Shown here: positions 1-7,815 of the stretch, piece by piece | How the letters are laid out: each line of letters begins with the position of its first letter | How positions within the stretch are numbered: position 1 is the stretch's first letter | Assembly (NCBI GenBank): GCA_964387725.1 | Contig: CAYLYU010000001.1 | Coordinates: forward strand, 2,671 to 44,699 | Direction: 5' to 3' | Length of the DNA stretch: 42,029 bases | Source of the DNA: an uncultured Zetaproteobacteria bacterium | GTDB taxonomy: Bacteria; Pseudomonadota; Zetaproteobacteria; Mariprofundales; Mariprofundaceae | Position numbers and translations under genes: made by a program | Notes under the pieces: generated by a model | The model's input: only the letters and a program-made list of their open reading frames with translations | What the model was told of the DNA's origin: nothing | Databases searched by the model: none

Positions 1-1
1 T

Positions 2-70
2 CATCACCGGGATGGCAATAAGATTGGCGGCAATCGCGTAAAGACAAAAAGACAGAAGGTAATCATTCAT
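2..70 (-). CDS. Partial 5' end of an unidentified membrane-protein gene running off the left edge
   Basis: A minus-strand ATG at 68-70 opens a frame reading MNDYLLSFCLYAIAANLIAIPVM that stays open to the window edge. The N-terminus is hydrophobic. Only 23 codons are visible and there is no clear SD. Confidence 0.2.
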   Translation of the reverse strand, partial: MNDYLLSFCLYAIAANLIAIPVM

Positions 71-169
71 TTTCTATCACCGGATTACTCCCCCCCTGTA
101 ATGCTCTGGTCGCTTGACCCGCCTTTGTCGCAAAAAATGGCTATCGCATTACGCTCAGGTCAAAAAAGT

Positions 170-1540
170 TCATGCCTTAGCTTCGGCTTCCCTGAGAAGG
201 CTCTGAATATCCTCAGGGTTAAAACACCGCTTATCTACTTTCAGATAGGCAGCCCCTTCCTCGGCCACAACCTTAGCCTCCTGAACGCCGGGAAACTTGA
301 GTAATCTTGCGCTCAATGCCTCCGCATCCTGACAACCGATCTGCTCAATATGTGCCATATAGGATGACAGATAGGTCGGCACACGCATACCAAAGGCAAG
401 TATACCCCACAAACAGGCTATGCCCGCACAGGCATAAAAAACGGCTCCAATCCCGGCTGTACCATACAACCAGCCGCCAAATGCGCCTCCAAGGAAGGCT
501 CCAAAAAACTGGGATGTTGAATACACTCCCATGGCTGTGCCTTTGGCATCAACAGGCGCCAGCCGGGAAATCAAAGAAGGCAGGCTTGCTTCTAACACGT
601 TGTAGGCAACAAAAAAGAGAAGCAGGCCGAGAAAGACATTTGCGAATGTAGTGTGCGCCAAAGCCAACATCAGTTCGGACAAAGCAAGCAAGGCAATGCA
701 TAAAATGAATACTTCTCTCATTTTCTGCTTCTTCTCGGCAATCATGATTAGCGGCAACATACCGAATACCGACAGCAGCAAGACCGGCAAATAGAACCAG
801 GCATGTTCTTTGGAAGGCATATCAAGAAAGTCACGCAAGACAAAAGGAAGTACGGTAAACATGGCCATCATCAGGCTATGCAGCATCATAATGCCCAAAT
901 CCAGCCGCAACAATTGCCTGTCTTTTAAAATACTTTTGAATTTATCTGGAACAGGTTCAACGTCACTATGCATTAAACTTCGCTCTGGTTCGGGAACGAC
1001 TAGATACAGGATGGCAATGCCAAGCAGAGCCAGCACTGCGGTGAGCCAGAAGATGCCAGCCACCCCGACAATGTTGTTCAGGAAAGGGCCGAGCATCAGC
1101 GCCAGCATAAAAGACATGCCAATGGATATTCCCAGAATAGCCATCGCCTTGGTTCGCTCTTCTTCACGTGTCAGATCAGCAAGCAAGGCCATCATGGCCG
1201 CAGCAATGGCACCGGAGCCTTGCAGGGCGCGACCGAGGATCACGCCCCAAATGGTATCGGACATAGCAGCAACAACGCTGCCGATGGCAAACAGAATCAG
1301 ACCAATGGTGATGATCGGTTTGCGACCAAAACGATCCGAAAGCGCTCCAAAAGGAATCTGAAAGATGGCCATGGTCAGGCCATAGATTCCCAGAGCAAGG
1401 CCAACCAGGGTCGGCGTTACTCCCTCAAGACCTTCTGCATAAAGAGAAAAAACGGGCAGAATCATAAACAGACCCAGCATCCGCAGGGCATAAATGCCCG
1501 CCATGGAGAATACGCTGCGACGCTCGGCTATATTCATCAT
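170..1540 (-). CDS. yajR: MFS transporter, YajR-like, with a C-terminal soluble YAM-type domain
   Basis: 456-aa ORF, close to colinear with E. coli YajR as I recall it. Shared motifs: GIYGLTMAIFQIPFGALSDRFGRKP, LGRALQGSGAIAAAMMALLADLTREEERTKAMA, GTAMGVYSTSQFFG. It has a ~65-aa non-membrane tail (FPGVQEAKVVAEEGAAYLKVD). Confidence 0.85.
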   Translation of the reverse strand: MMNIAERRSVFSMAGIYALRMLGLFMILPVFSLYAEGLEGVTPTLVGLALGIYGLTMAIFQIPFGALSDRFGRKPIITIGLILFAIGSVVAAMSDTIWGVILGRALQGSGAIAAAMMALLADLTREEERTKAMAILGISIGMSFMLALMLGPFLNNIVGVAGIFWLTAVLALLGIAILYLVVPEPERSLMHSDVEPVPDKFKSILKDRQLLRLDLGIMMLHSLMMAMFTVLPFVLRDFLDMPSKEHAWFYLPVLLLSVFGMLPLIMIAEKKQKMREVFILCIALLALSELMLALAHTTFANVFLGLLLFFVAYNVLEASLPSLISRLAPVDAKGTAMGVYSTSQFFGAFLGGAFGGWLYGTAGIGAVFYACAGIACLWGILAFGMRVPTYLSSYMAHIEQIGCQDAEALSARLLKFPGVQEAKVVAEEGAAYLKVDKRCFNPEDIQSLLREAEAKA

Positions 1541-1565
1541 TGCGTATTAATCACAGAAACCGCAA

Positions 1566-2627
1566 TCAGCCATTTGTTCGAGGCTGGCGTAAAGTGTGAA
1601 GAAGAAAAAGAGCCGCAGTAAACAGAATCATGGCCCCTCCCTGGTGTGTAACGGCAAGTGCAACCGGAACCGTCAACACCAGGGTAAATACTCCGAGCAG
1701 AACCTGGATAACAGTTGCGGCCAGAAGCAGGTTCATCCCGGTCTGGGCACCCTCGGTAAGGACATATCGCCGGGAGAATAACCAGAGAGAAAAGACCAGC
1801 AGAAGGACAATCTCCGCCAAAAGTCTGTGATCAAATTGCACGGCTGCAATATTATTGAACAGATTAAGATACCATGGCTCAAGCATCAGATAGCCATCTG
1901 GGATAAAGCTGCCATCCATCAACGGAAAGGTGTTATAGGTAAACCCGGCCTTCAGGCCAGCCACAAAGCCACCGGAAGCGATGGTGAGCACAATCAGGCA
2001 GACCAGCATAGTGGTAAATCGACGCAGTGAGCCGAAATTCACACACGACGTTTCAGGCTTGGGAAACAGCAGGCCCAGAGCAACCCAGAACATGTACCCG
2101 TAGAGAAAAAAGGCAAAGAGCAGGTGAGCGGTCAAACGATACTGGCTGACGTGGGGAGCATCAAAGCCACTGCTGACCATATACCAGCCCATCAGGCCCT
2201 GTAGCCCCCCCAGGGCAAACATCACTGCCATTTTTAGTCTAAGCCTTTTTTCAATCTTGCCCGCAAAAAGAAAATAGAGAAAGGGCACGAGAAAGATCAC
2301 GCCAATAAGCCTTCCCCATACGCGATGTAGATACTCCAGAAGAAATATTTTCTTGTACCCTTCCAGGTCCATGTACGGATTTAATTCATAGAACTCGGGG
2401 ATTCTCTTGTAATGCTCAAAGGATGCTTGCCACTCTGTCTGATTCAGAGGAGGTATCCAGCCCATGAGCGGATCCCAGGTCATCATGGACAGACCGGAGT
2501 GGGTTAATCTGGTAGCACCGCCAAGTACCAGCATGATCAGGATAGCCAGACATACAATGATCAGCCATATGGCAAGCTGCCGATTATTTTTTATGCTGAT
2601 CTGTAAATGATCCATCACCTGACTCAT
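1566..2627 (-). CDS. ctaA: Heme A synthase (COX15/CtaA family)
   Basis: 353-aa polytopic membrane ORF with COX15 motifs: TRLTHSGLSM, PPLNQTEWQASFEHYKRIPEF, EYLHRVWGRLIG, VTHQGGA. Its start overlaps the upstream gene's stop in an ATGA junction. Confidence 0.85.
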   Translation of the reverse strand: MSQVMDHLQISIKNNRQLAIWLIIVCLAILIMLVLGGATRLTHSGLSMMTWDPLMGWIPPLNQTEWQASFEHYKRIPEFYELNPYMDLEGYKKIFLLEYLHRVWGRLIGVIFLVPFLYFLFAGKIEKRLRLKMAVMFALGGLQGLMGWYMVSSGFDAPHVSQYRLTAHLLFAFFLYGYMFWVALGLLFPKPETSCVNFGSLRRFTTMLVCLIVLTIASGGFVAGLKAGFTYNTFPLMDGSFIPDGYLMLEPWYLNLFNNIAAVQFDHRLLAEIVLLLVFSLWLFSRRYVLTEGAQTGMNLLLAATVIQVLLGVFTLVLTVPVALAVTHQGGAMILFTAALFLLHTLRQPRTNG

Positions 2628-3982
2628 GTCTTCTCCACCTTGCGCCCTTTGAGCATAATGGGCAGTACTACAGCTGCGAACAAAATGCCGCTAAGCACAG
2701 CGATCACACCACCTATACCAACCAGATCCTGCGGAGTAATAAAGGCCTGAATACCGATATCCTGCGTGGTTCCCACTACTTTTCGTTTCATGCCATGACC
2801 ACCGCCCCAGGCCAGACCAATGATATGGATAAACTGGCCGATACCGTATGTATAAATCTGGATAGTGGCCAACCGCGATTTCGGATCTGCAAAACCGAAA
2901 TAGGGTAACAGCACATAGGTCATCGCCATAAAAGCCATGGTTATCCCTGTAATGGAACCGTGATAATGGGCTGTTATCAATGTACTGCTCTCTGCGATAA
3001 ACATACCGAGAATGCCACCAAATCCAAACAGCAGGATCGAGAACAGCAACCCTGCCTTCAGATAATGGTTTTTTGACTCGGAGCCAGCACCAGTCAAAGC
3101 CCAAAGAACAGCGATAGCCAGGGGTACTGCCGCCAGACTGTTACCATCACGCATAAGCCAGACAAACCACCTCATGAACTCAGCATCTCCCACCTCATAG
3201 GCAATAAATGCCCACGGGGTAAGAAGAATCGAAGCCACACCCAAGGCAAATAATATTACAATAAGACGCGGAGGAATGGGAACTCTGGCCCCGCAGACAC
3301 TGGCCAGCCAGAGCCAGCATACGGCCATAATGGCCGTATGAACAAACTGCAGGACATGTCCCCCGGCCCAAAACAGGGTTTCATAATAAGACCTTCCCTC
3401 AAGCGAATCGGGTATGATGAGCCAGGTCCATACCAGTGCGACAAAGGCAACAAAGGCCGCGAGCACAGATGTGAATATGCCAAAACGCAAAGCACCTTCC
3501 GGCGCTGTCTCCCACATCTCTTTCCAGAGCGTGGAGATCATGGTGCTGAACACCAGAATAAAAACACCGGCTCCAAAGACAACAAGCCCCTTTATGAAAT
3601 AACGGTTCTCAAGAATCGGCACATAATTATTCGTCAGAGGGTTGGAATCACCTGTTAGCGGGGAGATGGCAGCGATCACTCCACCCAGCACAACCATAGT
3701 CAGCCCCCACCAGCCAAAGCCTTTCCAGCGGGAAGATGCGTTCAGACTCCAGAACATACCGGCGAACGCGACCAGCCACCATAATACGGTGAAATCCACG
3801 TGCATAACCAATGCCGTGTAGAAAAAATCTTTCCACGGCATTTCATAAGTGGTGCGGGCCAGAGCCAGCAACAAGGGGTAGATACCCGAGGCCAGCAGAA
3901 AGCCCACAGCAACAGCCAGCCAGCCAATGGCAAGCTTTTTCTGGGCTTCATCGCGGATTGATAACAGATATGGTGTATTCAT
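2624..3982 (-). CDS. Heme-copper oxidase subunit I-like membrane protein (B-family-like, CuB ligands incomplete)
   Basis: 452 aa, about 12 TM. Colinear with ba3-type subunit I motifs: helix II His (ALVMHVDF), LFWAGGHVLQF (compare LFWWTGHPIVY), AHYHGSITG...LLP (compare GHFHLQVAS...LLP), GLAWGGGHGMKRK (compare GLHWAGLLNVPRR). The helix VII HH pair reads IA. Confidence 0.6.
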   Translation of the reverse strand: MNTPYLLSIRDEAQKKLAIGWLAVAVGFLLASGIYPLLLALARTTYEMPWKDFFYTALVMHVDFTVLWWLVAFAGMFWSLNASSRWKGFGWWGLTMVVLGGVIAAISPLTGDSNPLTNNYVPILENRYFIKGLVVFGAGVFILVFSTMISTLWKEMWETAPEGALRFGIFTSVLAAFVAFVALVWTWLIIPDSLEGRSYYETLFWAGGHVLQFVHTAIMAVCWLWLASVCGARVPIPPRLIVILFALGVASILLTPWAFIAYEVGDAEFMRWFVWLMRDGNSLAAVPLAIAVLWALTGAGSESKNHYLKAGLLFSILLFGFGGILGMFIAESSTLITAHYHGSITGITMAFMAMTYVLLPYFGFADPKSRLATIQIYTYGIGQFIHIIGLAWGGGHGMKRKVVGTTQDIGIQAFITPQDLVGIGGVIAVLSGILFAAVVLPIMLKGRKVEKT

Positions 3983-4090
3983 GGTTTTACCTTTGGTACA
4001 GGCCAGTTAAATTCGGTGCGAACTGTAGCACCGAAAAGGTGACGGTGCAGCCTCCCGCTAGCGGCCCAGCGCCTGCCACAAGGGTACATC

Positions 4091-4738
4091 ATGCGAGGAA
4101 GAAAAATTGCTGCATCCAAACAGGGGTATCTATGGAATAATACGCTCATGAGGTATGACCGATCTGTTCGTATTCTACACCTTGCCATCATGCTCGATGT
4201 AATAATCCAACTGGTATCCGAATTACTCATGAAGGTACCAAAAGCCGGGGAAATCATGCTGCCTGTCGAGCGCATCCTGTTCATGGTTCATGAATGGAAT
4301 GGATTTGTCGTACTGGCACTGGTTATCGCCTATATCATGTATCTGACTGATGAAGACGGTGGCTGGGATCGTTTATTTCCATGGACAAGTGCAGCAGGCT
4401 GCAAGGGCTTGTGGCAGGAGATCAGACAGGATGTACCGGGCTGGTTCAGAGGCAGGCTGAAAAAACCAGCCGATGCACACTATATTGCCGGTACTGTACA
4501 TGGTCTGAGTATCCTGCTTGTGATTGGCCTTGGCGCAACCGGTATCATGATTTTTATGGGGCTTGAATCCGACGGCAGTACGAGCCCGGAGATCAAGTTG
4601 CTCAGGGACTTGCATTCAAAGATGGGAACATTGATGTGGGTTTATATCTTCGGACATTCCGGCATGGCACTGATACATCAATTATCAGGACACCGGATTC
4701 TGCAAGACATGTTCAGTTTCAGGGAAGATACATCATAA
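4091..4738 (+). CDS. Cytochrome b561 family (CybB-like) di-heme membrane protein
   Basis: 215-aa ORF, or 196 aa if the start is the ATG at 4148 (MRYDRSVRILHL...). It has four TM helices with conserved-looking His residues (RILHLAI, VHEWNG, TVHGLS, GHSGMALIHQ). It is one of only two plus-strand genes. Confidence 0.65.
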   Translation: MRGRKIAASKQGYLWNNTLMRYDRSVRILHLAIMLDVIIQLVSELLMKVPKAGEIMLPVERILFMVHEWNGFVVLALVIAYIMYLTDEDGGWDRLFPWTSAAGCKGLWQEIRQDVPGWFRGRLKKPADAHYIAGTVHGLSILLVIGLGATGIMIFMGLESDGSTSPEIKLLRDLHSKMGTLMWVYIFGHSGMALIHQLSGHRILQDMFSFREDTS

Positions 4739-4751
4739 AATGAATCAGCCA

Positions 4752-5297
4752 TCAATGTAAAACCGGTTCAGACTCCGTGTCACCGGTGACGATGATGGCA
4801 CCAACCATGGCATAGTGTTTCGGGCCACAATACTCACCGCATAAGATTTTAAAACGCCCCGCTTTGTCGGGTGTAAAGCTGATGGTCTTGAACTCTCCTA
4901 TCTTGATCCGGTTCATCATCTTGAGCTCGAAAATAATAATGGCATGCCGCATATCCAATGTTGCCAGATGCAGGCGATACGGCTTCCCCTGCTCCAGTTC
5001 AAGAATGTATTTCCCCCAGTCATAGTTTCGGGACAGCAGGTAGATATCCGAATCAGCAGGAGGATGCACAATCGCTAACTCATTTTCATAACGTACAGTA
5101 TAATCCGATACCATACGATCCACTTTTTCCTTGAATCCATCCAGATCGGCCCGAGTAATTTTCTGTTTCGTAACCGTATAATCCGGCCGAACATCGATCA
5201 CCTTAATGCTCAAGGTCACAATGAAGGCAAGCACCAGGGCCAGGCTTAAAAGAAAAGCCTTCACATTGAACGGCTTCTTGTTTTTAGGAGGGTTCAT
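4752..5297 (-). CDS. Cytochrome oxidase subunit II-like CuA cupredoxin (single TM, ba3-type size)
   Basis: The ORF is open to 5369, but the likely start is the ATG at 5297 (MNPPKNKK followed by one TM helix). The C-terminal cupredoxin has the full CuA ligand set: DMRH ... CGEYCGPKHYAM. Confidence 0.7.
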   Translation of the reverse strand: MNPPKNKKPFNVKAFLLSLALVLAFIVTLSIKVIDVRPDYTVTKQKITRADLDGFKEKVDRMVSDYTVRYENELAIVHPPADSDIYLLSRNYDWGKYILELEQGKPYRLHLATLDMRHAIIIFELKMMNRIKIGEFKTISFTPDKAGRFKILCGEYCGPKHYAMVGAIIVTGDTESEPVLH

Positions 5298-5454
5298 AAT
5301 TCTCACTTTCCTGTTTGTCGGTCGATATCGGAGACTGTAAAGGCCACGGAGCAGTATAGCTGCGACCACCTTTACCTTTCCCTGCTATAAAAATAGAATA
5401 CTGCCAAAATAAAGACGATTTACCATCCATCATAACTTCAGGGGATTTGTAACC

Positions 5455-6012
5455 ATGCCGGAGAATCAGGAAACACCTATTTCAAATAAGGCGCTGGCCG
5501 CTGTGCTGGCTGTTCTTGTCCTGGCCCTGTTCGGTGGAGTAGGTGTTGCTGCCTATATTGGCGTATTCACGGATGTAATCCCGGGCAGAGTCTCAGCCCC
5601 GGCTTACCGAATCGCCTATCTAAACCATGCCGGCCCCTACAACAAGATCGAGCCGATTATCGAGCAGGTGGCCGAGATACTTGAGAGTGCAAACATCAAG
5701 GCAGACGCACCATTTGCTCTCTTCTTTGACGAGTCTTCAACCCCTGCGGAAAAAAAGCGCAGCAAGATAGGCTATATTATCGGCAAGAATGTGTATGTAC
5801 CCGGCCCTCTGGAAGTGGAAATCATTGCCGCTCAGGAAGTAGTTCGGGCTACATTTGATGGCAGCCCTATGCTCGGATCCTACAAGGCCTACAGCGAAAT
5901 GAAGTCATGGGCAATATACAACGGTTATACTCTGTCATTGCCGGCACTGGAGATCTATCACCCCGAGGGATGGGTCGAGTATCAACTGCCCATTCATAAA
6001 GGACAGCACTAA
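5455..6012 (+). CDS. Membrane-anchored GyrI-like/SOUL-type small-molecule-binding domain protein
   Basis: 185 aa. N-terminal TM helix (ALAAVLAVLVLALFGGVGVAAYIGV) followed by a ~150-aa domain with a GyrI-like pattern (YRIAYLNHAGPYNKI..., ...MLGSYKAYSEMKSWAIYNGY..., LEIY). An AGGGGA SD lies upstream. Confidence 0.45.
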   Translation: MPENQETPISNKALAAVLAVLVLALFGGVGVAAYIGVFTDVIPGRVSAPAYRIAYLNHAGPYNKIEPIIEQVAEILESANIKADAPFALFFDESSTPAEKKRSKIGYIIGKNVYVPGPLEVEIIAAQEVVRATFDGSPMLGSYKAYSEMKSWAIYNGYTLSLPALEIYHPEGWVEYQLPIHKGQH

Positions 6013-6024
6013 AAGCCTGTCGGA

Positions 6025-6150
6025 CTATTTAGCCGGAATACTCGAGATGAAATAATACAGGAACCAGGCAAATACAATAAGTGTGAGTGCCATTCCGGCC
6101 AGTACCTTTTTCTTGTTTCTTGCCTTTTCTTCATCTTGTTCTGTCATCAT
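6025..6150 (-). CDS. Small (41 aa) single-TM membrane protein, not in the supplied ORF track
   Basis: My hand translation gives MMTEQDEEKARNKKKVLAGMALTLIVFAWFLYYFISSIPAK*. A GAGG SD lies 3 nt (ttg) upstream of the first ATG. It is on the same strand as, and downstream of, the Sel1/ctaB genes. Confidence 0.35.
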   Translation of the reverse strand: MMTEQDEEKARNKKKVLAGMALTLIVFAWFLYYFISSIPAK

Positions 6151-6208
6151 CAACCTCAATAAATAATTAACACGGATTACAATAGCCATGCTAGCACCAA
6201 ATACAAGA

Positions 6209-6769
6209 TCAGTGCATCAATGACGATTCTTTCTTCATATCATGCGGAATCTTTTTCCAGAGTTCACTTGATCGTTTATTCACCTCTATCATTTCCTGCT
6301 TCGAAATACGTGTCATAATAATCCGCCAACGTTTAATCGCAAACCGATCTCCAAGAGAAGCAGCCAACCAAAACCAGACGGTTGCCTCTGCGTGATCTTC
6401 TTCAACACCATCACCATTCACATACATCTGTCCGAGATAATACTGGGCCTTCGGGTGACCCTGCATGGCCGCCTTGTACAACCACTTGTGCGCCATAGAA
6501 AAATCTTGTTCCACCCCCTCACCGCGTGCATACAGCAACCCCAGTTGATACTGTGAACGTCTGTTACCCTGCCCGGCCGCATCCCGAAACAGCCTGGCAG
6601 CCTGGGTAAGCTTGTCCTCTCCGGCAAGCTTCATGGCTTGCTCATGGATGTCTGCTGCCGGTTCCGGATGGGGAGGAACAGCATTAGCCGCAATAGCTGC
6701 ACCTGTTGCAAGAAAGACAACAGACAGAAAGGCAAACATCAAGGCTGGAGAAAAATAAGAGTACTTCAA
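6209..6769 (-). CDS. Secreted Sel1-like (TPR-family) repeat protein
   Basis: 186 aa with a signal peptide (ALMFAFLSVVFLATGAAIAANA) and three Sel1 repeats (SQYQLGLLYARGEGVEQDFSMAHKWLYKAA, AQYYLGQMYVNGDGVEEDHAEATVWFWLAA). The ORF start is TTG at 6769; an in-frame ATG lies 10 codons downstream. Confidence 0.8.
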   Translation of the reverse strand: MKYSYFSPALMFAFLSVVFLATGAAIAANAVPPHPEPAADIHEQAMKLAGEDKLTQAARLFRDAAGQGNRRSQYQLGLLYARGEGVEQDFSMAHKWLYKAAMQGHPKAQYYLGQMYVNGDGVEEDHAEATVWFWLAASLGDRFAIKRWRIIMTRISKQEMIEVNKRSSELWKKIPHDMKKESSLMH

Positions 6770-6823
6770 AACCTGGCCCCTGGTTATAAACTTATTGTGT
6801 TGAACTATTAAATTGAACCGGGA

Positions 6824-7714
6824 TTAAATTGAATTGAGAACCATCATCCCGAAGAGAAGAATAAGATAAAAAATTGAATAGGCGAAGATTCTCATATCGC
6901 AATCACGATCTGATCTCAGAAACCTGATTGCCATCGCCAAAAATACGACACTGAGCACCGCAGCTGTCAGCAGATAAATCATGCCCGCCATGTCAAAGGC
7001 ATACGGTAAGATGGCCACCGGGATCAGAGCCAGACAATAAAGCGCGATTCTTTTCTTGGTAGCTGATATACCTTTGGCTACAGGAATAACCGGTACTCCT
7101 GCCCTGGCATATTCGTTTCGGTATTTCAGGGCAAGACTAAGCGCATGCGGCTGCTGCCACACCACCATGATAGCAAACAGTATCCAGGCTGGCGCACCCA
7201 AATCTCCGGTCACGGCGACATAGCCAATCATGGGAGGGACTGCGCCGGCGATACCACCAAGCTGATTGGCCCACGGTGTTGTACGTTTGCTCATCATGGT
7301 ATACACCACGACATAGCCAAACACACCAACCCCTGTTACAACGGCCGCCAGAGGGTTAACCATCCAGGCCATGAGCGCCAGAGAAGGCAATACCAGAACC
7401 AGCCCGAGCATCAGGACATTCCGTCCCGGAACCAGGCCAGCAGCAAGAGGCCGTGATTTTGTCCGTTTCATCAGGCGGTCAATATCACGGTCGTAGAAAT
7501 TGTTGAGCATACAGGAACCGGCGGTAGCCAGACCAAGCGTAAGGAAGGTCCAGAAAATGATACTCCAGTCCGGCAACACACCATGGTTACCAAAATAGAT
7601 ACCCGTCAGAGCGGCAACCAGCGTCAAACCGACAATACCCGGTTTGGTCAGCGAAACATAATCAGCCAGAGCTGATTTTATGACGCTATAACGACCAATA
7701 ACCTGTTCACTCAT
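6824..7714 (-). CDS. ctaB: Protoheme IX farnesyltransferase (heme O synthase)
   Basis: 296-aa UbiA-family membrane ORF with motifs LTKPGIV, NNFYDRDIDRLMKRTKSRPLAAG and YVVVYTMMSKRTTPWANQLGG. Confidence 0.9.
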   Translation of the reverse strand: MSEQVIGRYSVIKSALADYVSLTKPGIVGLTLVAALTGIYFGNHGVLPDWSIIFWTFLTLGLATAGSCMLNNFYDRDIDRLMKRTKSRPLAAGLVPGRNVLMLGLVLVLPSLALMAWMVNPLAAVVTGVGVFGYVVVYTMMSKRTTPWANQLGGIAGAVPPMIGYVAVTGDLGAPAWILFAIMVVWQQPHALSLALKYRNEYARAGVPVIPVAKGISATKKRIALYCLALIPVAILPYAFDMAGMIYLLTAAVLSVVFLAMAIRFLRSDRDCDMRIFAYSIFYLILLFGMMVLNSI

Positions 7715-7760
7715 GATTCAGTATCCATCTCCGTTTGTTTTTAACCGTTTTACCATTCAT

Positions 7761-7802
7761 AAAAAAAGAAAAAACAAGCGCCCCCACAAATGGAGGCGCT
7801 TG
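7761..7802 (-). terminator. Rho-independent terminator downstream of ctaD
   Basis: The minus strand reads CAAGCGCC-(12 nt loop)-GGCGCTTG followed by TTTTTTCTTTTTTT. It starts 13 nt after the ctaD stop codon (7816-7818). Confidence 0.65.
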
Positions 7803-7815
7803 TCTTGATCAGCAC

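Noticed and set aside
810-1361. Long antisense or alternative-frame ORFs inside confident genes. Examples: 810-1361(+), 11366-11731(+), 16676-17320(+), 17426-18001(+), 23882-24211(+), 32905-33312(+), 35456-35833(-), 37693-38067(-)
   Set aside because: Each lies wholly within a gene that has strong family motifs on the other strand or frame. Their products are Arg/Ser/Pro-rich with no motifs, which is the typical shadow-ORF pattern.
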